The notes under the pieces were generated by a model. The model saw only the letters and a program-made list of their open reading frames with translations. It made no database searches and had not been told where the DNA came from. 51,029 bases of DNA from Bipalium vagum. Taxonomy: Eukaryota. Positions 11,451 through 24,399 of this stretch are shown here, in pieces (positions within the stretch are counted from its first letter, which is position 1; every line of letters begins with the position of its first letter). The position numbers and the translations under genes are program-made. The stretch lies in NCBI GenBank assembly GCA_037834085.1, contig JBBMKC010107859.1, forward strand, positions 1-51,029, given 5' to 3'.

Positions 11451-11810
11451 ACATGCATTTTAGGTCATTAAATTATTCTTTGTTTAAATACTTGTTTATA
11501 AACAAAAATATAATTGATTGGTAACTAAAAAAGTCTACTAACCATAAGTAATAAGATACTTTAATTTATTAAAATAATAAAATAAATTAAAATACCTAAT
11601 AATATCTGGTAAATTAATAAATAATAAATAATAAATTATTAGTATTAATTAATAAGTTATTAATAAAATTAATAAACAATAAAATATAATAAATTAAAGT
11701 AAAAAATTTATTAAAATTAATTAATTTAGTAAATAATAAGTAAAAATTGTTTAAAACTTATATTAGAACTAATATTTAAACAAAGAATAATTTGGTGACC
11801 AAAGCTGCAT
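11451..11810. repeat. Foldback/MITE-like imperfect inverted repeat (~45-bp arms)
   Basis: CATGCATTTTAGGTCATTAAATTATTCTTTGTTTAAATA matches the reverse complement of 11770-11810, CATGCAGCTTTGGTCACCAAATTATTCTTTGTTTAAATA. Confidence 0.6.
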
Positions 11811-12862
11811 GTTTTGACATCATGTAATGGAATTAGGTGATTTTCTGATTTTTAAATCACCTTTGAAAAAAATAAATGAAAACATTTAAACAAATTGAAA
11901 AAATTATTATTATGCAAAAGTAAATGATATAAAAGAAAATGTTATTAATTCAGAAAATATGTCGACACCAACATAATTTTTTAATCAGAATGTAAAGGTC
12001 ACCTGTGCACCAGCCGAATACAAAGGAAAAGTTGAATATTTTTAGATTATATATTGGAAATTTAGTGACCATTTTTAATATTAAAAATATTCTTTAATGA
12101 ATCTGTCATGTACAATAAAGTTTTATACAAAATGAAATGAGCCGATTTTGCTTTATATTTACTTGCATCTGTAGAAAAGGTGTCAAAATGTAATTGAAAT
12201 GCAATTGCAATGTTGAAGATATTCGACCTTTGTAAAGGTCATTAACAATAGGTAGCTAAATATTTTCAGTACTTTTTATTCCATATCCAAAGCTAGAAAA
12301 TTATAAATTATAATTTATAAAAAATCTTTTATAATTAAAGTTTTTCAATGTAGAGCACTATGAGAAGGTTATCGGTTATTTTAATCTGAAGAGAATGTAA
12401 AATAAAAGGAAAAAATATTTGTAATTAAGTTGTTAGAAAATAATTCGAATGATAAAGTAAGATATTGATATGAGAAACACCATGTTCATTATTAATTATA
12501 AAAATACAATTAATTTGTTAGCGATTAGGATCAAAATGATATGAAGAAAGCTGTTGATGAACTATAACTGTTGCAGCACAAGGAATGGTTAAACTCAATT
12601 GAAAGACTCTTTTAAAGACAGTAATCTTCCTGGGCCATAATACAGTAGAAAAATATTTATTTGATATTAATATAGATTTAAGAAGTTAAAAAGATAAAAT
12701 CAAGTCAAAATTTAGAGATTAAAATAACTCGATCTCAACTTAAAATATCAAATCGAGAATTTTTTATATAAATTATTTATTTATATTTTATTTTATAAAT
12801 ACAACTTTTTTCAAATTCATAGACTAAAATAAAAGTAATAATCGAAATTGTTCTCTAACTAG

Positions 12863-13795
12863 TGTATCAAAGGTTAAACCTGACTCAAACTCTTAGGTGG
12901 TGCAAAAATAATAACAATCAGTAAAGCAATAACTTTTATTACAACACAAACTTCTCACAATGATAACAATAATACAGAATCGTCAAATTCAAGAGAAAGG
13001 GATCACAATAAGATCTGAAATGTCTGCAATTGTCTTTAATAATCAGTGAAACACATAAGTTAATAAAATTCGAGTTAAGAAGCACAAATAAATACTCAAA
13101 GTTAATCCATAGTTAATATGAATTAATATAATCTTAACCAAAAATAAGATTAAGATGATAATAAAAAATTGAATAAGCTTACGAATTACCTTCGTTTAAG
13201 CTTCCCGGACTATTAGCTGAGCCTTTATAGTTGCTCAGAAAAAGCCCTCTGATGGGGAACTCAAACACGATCCCAGGAACAAGGTCATTTTATTAACGTA
13301 CTTGTGTTTCAAATCTGCTTCTTTAAAATAACCAAATCTTCTTCCCACTTCAACGATAAAGTCTGCTTCAACAATTAAGTCTTCAACAAATACATCTTCA
13401 ACAATCAACAAATTGGTCTTCAATAATTGAGTCTTCAACAATCGAAATAACTGTTTCTAGTCGAGAGCGAAATCGTGGAGAAATCCTTATCCTTATATAG
13501 TATTTTGGTCAACGACTAATCAGTCGTAGACCAATTTTATTAATGGGAAATGTCAATTCCATTTTCGGATCATTAATTCTAAATCGGTTCCTCCTTGCGG
13601 ACCCTGATCTAATCTTGGCATTTAGTTTCGCCATTGTCAAGATTAGATCTCAATAAAAAATTTATTGCCTTTTTCCTTTTTAATTAGCTAAAATTATTAT
13701 TCTTAGCATTAATATTATGATTATTATTTTTGTCATTTTGTGCACAATCTCACGATTATTATTATTATTCTTATTATTTTGAGCACCCTTTTACA
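12863..13795. mobile_element. Possible solo LTR or LTR remnant with internal TCTTCAACAA repeats
   Basis: Can be bounded TGTA...TACA, is less AT-rich than its flanks, has degenerate CTTCAACAA repeats at 13345-13445 and a TATA-like CTTATATAG near 13495. No target-site duplication found. Confidence 0.3.
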
Positions 13796-14739
13796 ATTTT
13801 CATTTGGGACGGGTAAGTGTTTTGGGTAAACCCAAAACTTTTAAGTTTTAAATACTTATTTAAAATAGAAGATTTATTTATTATTTTTAAAAATATAAAA
13901 TATTTAGTACTGAAAATATAAGTAAACGATTTTTTAAAGGTGATGATCTCTTTCTCTTATTAATTGCTTTAATGAATTCAAAGCTTAATTAAAAATTAAA
14001 AATATGAGAAAATATAATTACTTTAATAATACTGATATGTTTATCTTACTACTATAAATATCATTTTAAATAGCGTGACTTGCCTGTCGATTTAGATTAA
14101 TTTATTTAAACAAATTATATATTATATATTAAGTCACTTAATTTTACAAAGTTCCATTTTTTATTTATAGGGTGTTATTTCTCAAAAATTATTTAAAGAA
14201 TCTATAATAGAAATAGAAAAGGATCTTAAATAATAAAATTCTATTCCAGAAAAGTGACTATTCTTAATTCCTGGGAATCTGGTTGGGAATTATATATATT
14301 ATATTTTAGTTAAATAATGAAATAAATATATATCTTTATAAAAAGTTATGCTTTCTTTATTTAATTTTTTTTGCTACACGAAGCAAAGAGACGAATTATA
14401 TTTTCTGATTGGAATTTTTTAAAGGTGTAGAAAATAAGATTAATAAACATTTAAGTGTAACACAATTATGAATAAAAAACTATCCAATATAACTGAATAT
14501 CATTGTAGTGTACAAAAAAAATAACGGTTTCTATCTTCACTAGAATAATTATAATATTTTTAAACCATTTAAACAATTTTGAATTTTAAAAATTCTTCAT
14601 AGATTAAGTTTATCCTAAGAAGTACTGAAGCTGAAAGGATAAATTTTTTTTTCAAAAAAGTGAGAAGCGATTTTTACAAGCTAAAGAAGATCAACCGAAA
14701 GGGCGAGTCTGTTTTCTACAATGAAAATAATTGTTGTAC

Positions 14740-14811
14740 CTGTATCTCTTCTACAGAACTTTTTAAAGCGAATTCTTTTTCTTTTCTCGTCACAGGGCAC
14801 ACATTCACTCT
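14740..14811 (-). CDS. netrin: Netrin coding exon 4 (72 nt): start of NTR domain, (K)SECVPCDEKRKRIRFKKFCRRDT
   Basis: Not in the ORF track. Matches the netrin C..C...KKYCKKDY segment. Acceptor TTCTTCTTAG ends at 14812, donor G|GTACAA at 14739, phase 1-1, frame preserved. Confidence 0.88.
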
Positions 14812-15129
14812 CTAAGAAGAAGAACAGTAAAATAGTCTATCTCTTTATTGTTATTATTTATCTTTATATAAATGCTAAAAGGGTACCTGTATTTGACATG
14901 TAGTGATATTTTGAATCTGGAAATGAAATAAATGAGACTAATTATTTTGATCAGGTTGACTTACTAAGCTCATTTTTGGCTTCGGAGTTCTGAATATGAT
15001 CATCAACTAGAAAATAATAATTTTAATAAAGCTTGGTCAAATAAAAAATGAAAAATTAATGGTTATTAAAACAATTAGGTTGTTATTCAAGAGTAAATAA
15101 TGATAAAACCAATAATATTTGACAACATA

Positions 15130-15800
15130 CGAATAAGAAGGTTGGTTAATTTTTTTCTTTTATGAAAATAAATAAAGAATATTTACAAGAATTAATAATA
15201 TTTTTAATATATGAACAGTTAGAAACTCATAAAAGGAAATTAACAACAATATATTTTACGCATGTCTTACTTTTTTGATATTTAGAAATCGTTAGGTGAA
15301 ATGTACAAAATGACTATGGATTTATGGGAATAAAACCCTGTAGTCCTCGAAACCTTAAATTCTGACTTCAAAGACTAAAAAGTTGAATTAAGTGGTGATT
15401 TCGAGTTGAATGAGAGATCTCTCTTGAAGAAAGATTGGTCAACCAAAAAGTATGACAGAAATATGTTTCATGTGGAAAGCAAATCTCATTTAAACTAAAT
15501 AATTGGTTGAGGAACTAAAACATACAAATTTCCAGAGGGGTATACATTGTAGAAAAAATTTTCAAAGAAAAAATCAAGTGTAAAAAAATTTGACTGATAG
15601 CGCAATCCGAAGTCTACTGAGAAGTTTTATTCAAATCGATTATTTTAAATAATTTAAAATTAACTTTTAGAAAAATGGTGTTTTGTTACTGAATCTGTTT
15701 TCTCTGTCAACATAATAAATTTATTATTAAATAAATACTTGTACAAGGGACATTAGGATTATATAAAACAAAACTGTTTCGTTTCCGCTCTCTAATTTCT
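15130..15800 (+). mobile_element. Highly decayed mariner remnant
   Basis: HVLLF and SGDFELNE-like HTH-region fragments at about 15260-15415. Boundaries approximate. Confidence 0.45.
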
Positions 15801-16206
15801 GAACATTTGATTTTGATTTTAATTTCACGCATATTAATAATTTTTTTAGAAATATATAATATTTTGATAAATAATTATTTCGAAATTTCTATTTTTTGTT
15901 TTACATTTTATTATTTCATTCTAGCTCATTGCACCTATTAACTGGTTCAAAAAAGATAAAAAAATGAAAGGATTTATTCACAATGAAGGAAATATTAAAA
16001 TATAACAAAACAAAACGTAAAATTTTACAAGAAATAAATAAAAATAATTTTTAAAGGATAAAATGTAATCAATAAGATGTTTACAAACATTCTTATGAAT
16101 TGAGGAATATATTGAAAAAAATTTATAATATTGTTGTTTACGACACATCAATTGCTCAGACTTCAAGTTAAGAAACTATAATGATTTTTGTGTAATCATT
16201 ACTATT

Positions 16207-16585
16207 TCAGATTTTGAATCTAAAGAAAGAAATGTAAAAAAGAGAAAGGCTGAGAAAGGGATGGCACTGACGTAAGGTTAGGACATTCTTACTGAATACT
16301 TGACATAAAATGTCGTGAGATTTTTTTGCAGTTTGTCCTTGTTTATAGTCAATTCGGAGAAATATCAGTATAAGATATTTTTGTTTAATCATATCTAAAA
16401 TGTTTATTATTTTAAAAATCAATTAAATATTGACATACTGAATCAAAGATTCACCAGAGATTGCCCTTATATTAGATATAATATTAAAATATTAAATATT
16501 AATATTAAAACAATAACCGAGATATTATTGTAATCGAAAAAACAGATTTAATGTTATCGAAATTTCCAATTCAACAACCTAATAA
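16207..16585 (-). mobile_element. Mariner 5' fragment (TIR plus first HTH)
   Basis: ORF DYKQGQTAKKSHDILCQVFSKNVLTLRQC resembles mariner HTH1. TIR-like TTAGGTTGTTGAATTGGAAAT near 16583. Confidence 0.7.
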
Positions 16586-17660
16586 TAATGATTACATAGT
16601 TTATTGAAAATAATACAGGGTTACTAATCAGATATATGAGGTTTGACAAATTATCTCGTATTATTGGGTATTTTGTTAGGTGACAAAGCTTTATAACTTC
16701 CTCATTGTTTAGCTACTGAACTTAGCGTTGCATGTTACAATATTCAATTTTATAGCAGATTAGTAACTGGTTCGAGACATGGATTTGCCAATGGATATAT
16801 GGAAGTATTTAAAGTAAGCTGTCCGTAATTCTAACCCGATTGATATAAAATAATATTTATTTTAATATTGAAAAATCTGAACAGATATCCAAATAGAATT
16901 ATGAAATAATTTTTTAATTAAATTTAATTGCCATTTAAGTTTTTTAATTAAAAAAATTATTAATATTATTTTTATTTATTTTAAAATATTGTAAATATTG
17001 CTCTTACGATTCATTAAAATATTTATTTTAAATGAGGATTTATCTTTAGATCCATCAGAAAATACATCGTAAATAATTTTCTATCGATAATCAAATCTTT
17101 CACGTTTATAATAGAAATAATTAATATTAACATAGATTTTCATAAAATTAATTAAATATTAGAATTAACTATATTTTTTTATTATTATGCTTAAAATAAA
17201 TATGATTTATAAAAAAAAGATAATTAAAATTTTAAAAAAAAAATAATTAAACATAATTATTATGTTTTTTTGAAAAAAGATATAGATAAAATATTTCGAG
17301 AAAATTCCATTATAAATTAAAATTAATATAATTAAAAAAATAATTTTATGTACATAATACTATTAATGGAAAAATTAAAAAACTTTGTTTTGCTTCAATT
17401 TGAAAAATAAAAATATCTTTTATAAAGTTCAAAAATATTTTAATTTAACATTTCAAAACTAATTATATAAAATTTACTTTTTGACAAACCGCTTTCGTTT
17501 TAATATAAAACAACAATGGATTTTAAAGAAACATAAAATAAAGGTGAAAGGACTTGATATCAAAATGATAATCATTAAATTTACACACGTCGTAAAATAA
17601 TACATTAAAAATTATATTTAAATATTTTATATTTAGTAGGAATCTTCGAAGAATTCATAC

Positions 17661-17816
17661 TTTTTACACAGGGTTTCAAAACAGACTGAGTCTGAATATA
17701 TCCCACTTTGCATTTGTCACATCTTTTCCCACTGACACCGTCTTTACACAGGCATTGACCAGATTTTTTATCACACATATTAACATTTATTGATCCGATC
17801 CAGTGACACCGGCATT
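17661..17816 (-). CDS. netrin: Netrin coding exon 3 (156 nt): laminin EGF domain LE3/V-3
   Basis: Not in the ORF track. Translates (K)CRCHWIGSINVNMCDKKSGQCLCKDGVSGKRCDKCKVGYIQTQSVLKPCVK with 8 Cys. Acceptor TTTTGCAG ends at 17817, donor GTATGA at 17660, phase 1-1. Confidence 0.93.
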
Positions 17817-17999
17817 CTGCAAAATCAAAATTTATTCTATTAACACAGGTCTTTTTACTTTATTATATAATTTTTACATAATATTTTTCAGATATTATAT
17901 TTTGAAGTTCAGTTATTATATTAAATATTGTGTCATGGTGTAAAATGGTTGAAGCACGATTCTATGAAAAAACTGAGCAGGTTAATAAATCGAACTAAT

Positions 18000-19400
18000 T
18001 AATCAAAGAAGTAGTCACAATTTCACACTTTATTTAATTTTCATTGATAAAGATGCTTTTGGATTTTATTTGACATTTTGGCGGTTGATTTCATCAACTC
18101 CTAATAAAGGCCTAAAGACCGGAATAACAATCAAAAAGTCAGTCTGGATATTATAGCTGATATCCCATGATTTTTCATTCTACATGTATCAGTTTTCGAA
18201 GAGTATCTTGAGAATATGGTATCACAAATTATCATAATAAAAGTTTATTTCTTTTCTATCGAACAAAATCTGAAGTTTTTAAAAATTATTAGTATTCGAT
18301 CTGGTGAATTGCTCGCACTGTTGTCATTTTTTCGCAAATTTTGTTGAAGTTCATAATGAATAATGTCTATGGAATCCTACCAGATACAACTAATGTCTTT
18401 GGATATAATGTTAATATAATTGGATATAGACCAGTCTTTAGAACGAACTCTGAACTTTCACTAAATTTCCCAGTTTTTAGACTACGCTTTTTCAATGGCT
18501 GCGAAAGATACAGGCTAAAATCAATTTCCACGCCAAAATAACCGAACGTTCGATTTCAGTTTGCCTCTGAGTGTCTGGATATTCGCTTGGCTGTGTTACT
18601 TGCTTGATTAAACCATTTATTTCTGAACTCTTTAAGGTTGGCTGTTTTAAAATGTTTTCCTTTGATCTTAGATTTTATATTGGCCAAATAGTACTATCAG
18701 AAGTAATTCCTGACAATTTAGTGGATTGATTTCTTTTGGAATTACATTAATGTTGTTCTTATTGTAGAATTCTTAATCTTATATATTATAATGGCAAGTT
18801 GCCAAATCTGGACAAAATAATACAGGAAACGTATGGGACTCAAGAAATGGAACGAATCGTTTTTCTAGGCACTCTTTAGGTAATCTAGCTATTGATTGTT
18901 CCTTTATTTACAAATTCTTTACTTTTTCGTCCGCATGAACATATTGCTTGCAACACCAAATATTTTGAAGAGAACTTTGATATTTTTATATTTTGGTGTT
19001 GTGCATCCTCTTTTCGTCGCAGCATTATATTCCTGTCTTGATATCTGATTGAAGTCAGTTTCGTCATCCAAAATACAGCATTCAAACCTTGTTTTAAAAT
19101 CAGCTTATAACTTTCTAGCTAATTTATGGCGACTACTTATTTAGTTTCATCTTTTGCACTTTAAATGTCTTCAATCCAGCTTAAATTTTATTTCTGTGAA
19201 CAGTTGATGTTGTAGTTCCTACTTTAATCAACATGGTGCTTACCGATAGGTTAAAATCTCTTTGAAATGTTTTTGTAATTTTCTTTGCAATTTCTTTATT
19301 TGCTGTACCTGTTTTTCTAACAGAACCCTTTTTCTGTCGATGGTCAAAGCTTTGCGATAATTAGCCAAATTTTTTTGCACTGTTGTTTGAGATAATTTTA
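18000..19400 (-). mobile_element. Decayed coding-like segment, possibly a non-LTR retrotransposon 3' remnant
   Basis: Raised GC and broken minus-strand frames (e.g. LKEFRNKWFNQASNTAKRI; SPDRIL near 18300). No diagnostic motif is intact. Confidence 0.25.
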
Positions 19401-19689
19401 ATTGTTTGGTGATATTACATTAAGAAATAGTTATGTTTGCAAGTACTTGTCCACTATTAATTTTCGAATATAAATTTCAGTATGCGACATTTTTATTAAC
19501 ATTAGTCTAATTAAAAAAAAAAAAATCAAATATTACTAGTATTCAAACACTAAATCCACATACCATATAATACCATGATATTGTAAGTACAAAAAAATTT
19601 AAAGAATATATAAACTTGCAGATGTTTTCTGAAAAACCGGATATGTAAGGAAAAAATCTTATCAACCATGCTATTCCATTTATTCTTTA

Positions 19690-20680
19690 CAATTTATTTA
19701 GATGGAACCAATATACGAGGATAAGGATAAATGTCTAAAATTTTTAAATTGCGAAATTTGATCGAAATGTAAGCTCTCAGATTCTTTGTAATCTTCTCCA
19801 TTGAAATAATGCAGATCTTTAAAAAAATCACAAATAACAACGGAAGGCCGTGAAGAAAGCAGTTGATATTTAAAGAAATAAAGAAATCGTGCAAAACATC
19901 TTTAATTGGTCAGTAGAGAAGCAGCAACATCCGGGTAGAGGACCTGTGTGTCTTTACATCTTTCTAAAATTCATAGAGCATAAAATGGAGTTATGGATTC
20001 AATTAAAGCAAATTGAATTTTATTATTTAAAGATTCGTTCAAAAGAAAACAGGACGCTATCTGTTTAATACTGAATAAACATATTTATTAATAAATTAGT
20101 TTTTTTCAACAAAGTCTCAATAAATATCTTTGATATTGTAAATAGAATAAAAAAGAGTAAATGGATAATCCTTGATTTTTACAATTTTCACTTAATTGAC
20201 ATGGGACTCATTTTATGTAGTCTTTTTACTCTTCCAGTTTTTTAAGATGATCGCAAATTGTTGTTGTCTACTCCAAATATATCTTCAAGTGCACGATTTG
20301 ATTGTTGAGGGTTGGACTCGATCTTGGCTTTTAAAAAGCTATTATCAATCGCTGATGATCGAACTGAACTGGTCTTTTTTGAACCAACACTGAGCATATC
20401 ATGTAGTAACTATATCCTTACCCATGCTTGGCAAATATTTCGCGCAGCCTCTGATGCATTTTTTCAAAAACTAAGTAAGTTCCAATTTGTGCCGTTGTCA
20501 TTCTCTCTTAAATAGCATTTTATATTATTAAAACAAACTTAAAATAATAAAGTTTTAATTTAATAGAGGCTCACCTGCCTTATAATAATTTATCAATAAA
20601 TTTAACAATATTAGTCGATATTTTAAAATATTTTTGCTTTATATGAAAAAGTGGCAACACTTTTCCTCCAACATAAATAT
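19690..20680 (-). mobile_element. Mariner remnants (at least one 5' half with TIR)
   Basis: Minus-strand NASEAARNICQAW...AQCWFKK at about 20370-20465. TIR-like end near 20655-20680. A second N-terminal fragment NLRAYI near 19770. Confidence 0.65.
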
Positions 20681-21199
20681 ATAGTAAATTAAAATATTGG
20701 TCTCAGTTCTTTAAGGTCAACATAAGGTCTGTAAAATAATTTTCTACAAATTCAGTAACATTTTGATAAAGAAGGCATTGCGAAAAAACCTTATTTTAAA
20801 ACGAAGAAAAAGACGAATTCCTACAAAATCAGTTTGATTCTGGGTACTAAGAAATTTACCTGACTGCATAGCGCATATCGAGAAAAGCAAAATCATATAA
20901 AGTTCATAATATAATATAATAATATATATATATAATTACATTAATCGTAGATTAATGGATGGAACGCATGAATGAATAAGAATTGATGCATGAAAATTTA
21001 ATAATATGTATGCAATTTGAAATATACAATGTTATTTTAATTGTTTCTTTCTCTTTATTTATTTTCCTTTTTTCTTTAAACGAAGGAGACAGCTAATATT
21101 AATAAGACTAAAAATTATTATATTATATATTATATTTATGATGCAGAATTTGAAATAAGAGAAATATATTAATAATATTATAAATCGTGACCTTATTTT

Positions 21200-21900
21200 A
21201 CCCCAAAGTGCAGAGACTATCAATCTTGTCAATTATTTTAATATGAAAAGTGGTTTTTGCCAGAAAATTCTCCAAAAGCAGGGACCAGTCAGTAAGCAGG
21301 ATGAAACCGAAGAGAAAAATTTCATTCCAAAATTATTGTATAAAGAATTTTTACCGTGAAATACATTTTAATTTTACAGAACATCAAAGCGCTTTTTTAA
21401 TCATTGTTATCTCTGCTTGTTTTATAAATTACTTAAAGTTTTATTTTTTATTTAACATGGATTCTAATGAATTTTATTATGCAGGAAGCGTTTCGAAAAT
21501 AAGGAGTTTTAGCCGTTCCCATTGATATACCGTATGATTGATTTCCTATGCAAGATATATATGAATTCATAAGCAAAAAAATCTTCTGAATGATTCTTAA
21601 TTGATATCTGTTCATCTGGTAATGTGATACTTTCTAATAATATGGGGGTACTTTTCGTTCATTTGTCACAATTGCTTTCAATTTTTAGTAATTTATTCAC
21701 TAATTTCGACGGGTTTCCCACTTTTGGCTGCATGGAAAACCCTTGTTCGATTAGATGAAAATTCTCTGATTCAGTTATGATCCTCTGAGATGGTGGTTCT
21801 TCATCATATATCTCTTGAAGCTGATTAATAATTTCCTTCTTGCAAAATTCCTTGAAAGTAAAAACTGATCACACTACGAAATGCTATATTTTTGAACATT
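21200..21900 (-). mobile_element. Decayed mariner/Tc1-like remnant
   Basis: RIITESE segment near 21765-21790 resembles the first catalytic motif (RIxTGDE). Otherwise heavily disrupted. Confidence 0.35.
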
Positions 21901-22152
21901 TTTTTGAATCAATTAATCTAGTGTAAGCAAAAATTAGAGCATTTAAAGTAATCGTATATTTTATTCTTATATATGATTATTTTACGTGCAAAATATTATT
22001 TAAACATCTTCAATATTTCTGGTGGAGTTTAAGAGCTTGTTGGACTTACCATACTTATTTTTAACCTAAGCGTTTCACTTAGTAAGACATTAGAATCGTA
22101 AGTACATGATATAAGATATGATTTTTATCTTCAAGGCTCAATTATAAAGAGG

Positions 22153-22331
22153 TACGATGGTTGTCTTTTAAGTTTTGACATAAAGTTTAAAATATAAAAA
22201 TAAGGTAAAAAGATTGAAAATGTTTTATTGCTTTTCAAAATATTTATACACTTTTCCATACGTTGAAACCAATTGTGAAAGCAGTTATTCCACTTATCAG
22301 TTGAAACACCCAAAATTTCCATTTCGTACAT
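22153..22331 (-). mobile_element. Mariner 3' end fragment
   Basis: WNNCFHNWFQRMEKCI is a typical transposase C-terminus, followed by a TIR-like TACGATGGTTGTCTTTTAAGTTT. Confidence 0.7.
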
Positions 22332-24399
22332 TCCTATATGTAAGTGTCAGCAAACCAAACAACATCTGATGAATATTAATAGATTCTATGGTCATTTTTT
22401 TGGAGACAAGTTAACATAACTGTAATACAAAGGTAAAAATAATTTAAAAATAAATTTTAATATGAATAAAGATTAAAGGAAATTATCCATAATAGGTTTC
22501 ATGAAGATAATTACCATAACAAAAAATTTTAGAGCAGAAAAATAAAATGAAAATCCGCTTTGGAGAAAATATTTGAAAATTTATTTAATATTCCTAGGGC
22601 ATTATATATTTTCTTCATTTTATCTTTTTCCAAATGATTTGATATTTTCTGTAATGATTTGATTTTCTCTGTTATCAATTTTTTTTGGGATTTTCAAAAA
22701 TTAAATATTAAATATAAATTATATTATAAATTAAATATAAAAATTTCAGTATTAATATAATGTTGATATTCTCTTTATTAAACTTATCCCATCAAACATA
22801 TGGGGTCAGATATAAAAATGTTCTTTTTAAATAATTATATAATTTATCTTGACCATTTCGCCAAGATATCTTGAAAATTAAATAAATAAATTATTATTAA
22901 TTTTATGAATTATTATAATTAATATTAATTAATTTTTTTATTAATATTTTTTATTTATTACTTTCACAAATAATATAAAAAATTAATTTGGATCTTTGAA
23001 GCATTTATATTTAATCTGAAATAAGTTTAATGTAAAATATCTTAAATAAATATTTATTGTGTTCTTACACTCTAATTATTCATGTTGTACATTTATGAAT
23101 TTTTATATATTTCTTTAGAAAATAATACTTAATGATGATTGAATTCCGCCTATAGTTTAATTAATAATTAAGATATTTAAACAAACATATATTTTGGTGG
23201 ATATTGATTATTTTATAATAAATAAGTAATTATTTCTTATTTAATTTTTCTAATATCGCAAATGAAATTCAATTGTCAAAATTTTCAAATAAAATGTGAT
23301 TTTATATGGTTTTAATACTTTAAATAAACATTTTAAGAATTCCAGTATCAAATTACATACAATCCGACTATTCCCATCCTCTTATCAAAATCATCATCGA
23401 CCATTCTAGTCAATTCAGTTAACATAGAATTAGAAATAACCGAGGTTTGCAATGAATATATCATATTAATATTATATTTTATAATTTTATGAATTTATTT
23501 CTAAAAGAAAAATTGTTATTATTATAATAAACACAAGATGTTGTTTATTGAATAATTTGTGAGAATATGTTTTATCAATTTCTATAATGTGTTAATATTT
23601 GATATTGAAATATTAAAATAATATTTCCGTTATAATTAAAATATTCTCAAAATCCTGATTCATATCATTTTTAATTTCATTATATTTTTATGATAAGAAA
23701 CAAAAACATTTTTAATTATGTTTTAATTTATGAATCTAGTGATGCGATTATTCTGATAGACACCCATTGTAATACATTTATTATCTTAGAAATTCAATTT
23801 CTCGTCGTTTTTCTTTACTTTACTCATGTGAAGGAAATAATTAAATGTAAAAAACAGAAAATATAAGAATTCTCTATACCGTTTTTTAGATTTTACTTGA
23901 ATATATATAACAAGTATACTTTATGTAATTCAAGAATTGTAAACTATTACTAATGTTAGTAAATGTAGGTTGAAGGAATTTATGAATAGTGCTAATACGT
24001 TATACTCTGGGATTGGTATTTTCAGGATAGGGGTAATTATTAAAAAATAAAATCAGACCAAAGTTAGAGGCAATTAATTAATTCAAAGATATAAAAGAGG
24101 TAGGGTGAATTATCTTTTTCTCAAGCACAGATATAGTGTGTACTACAAAAATTTGAATTAAAGATCACAGAAAAATTTATAGTTTGTTTGTATGACACCA
24201 GGGAGGCCCACAAGTTTCCGGAATTTTACATTTTATACTTACTATGGTAATTTTTAAAATAAAAACCCATGTTTTACTTAAATATCAGTAAGTAATTCTA
24301 ATTTGGTAATTTTAAATTATCTTTTTATAATATCGATACCTTTTCGTATTATTTTAGATAATTATTTTTTTACGGAAAATCTAACTAGATTTTATTGAA

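Noticed and set aside
13345-13445. CRISPR-like repeat-spacer array
   Set aside because: Repeats are about 10 bp and degenerate, spacers are only a few bp, there are no cas genes, and the context is eukaryotic
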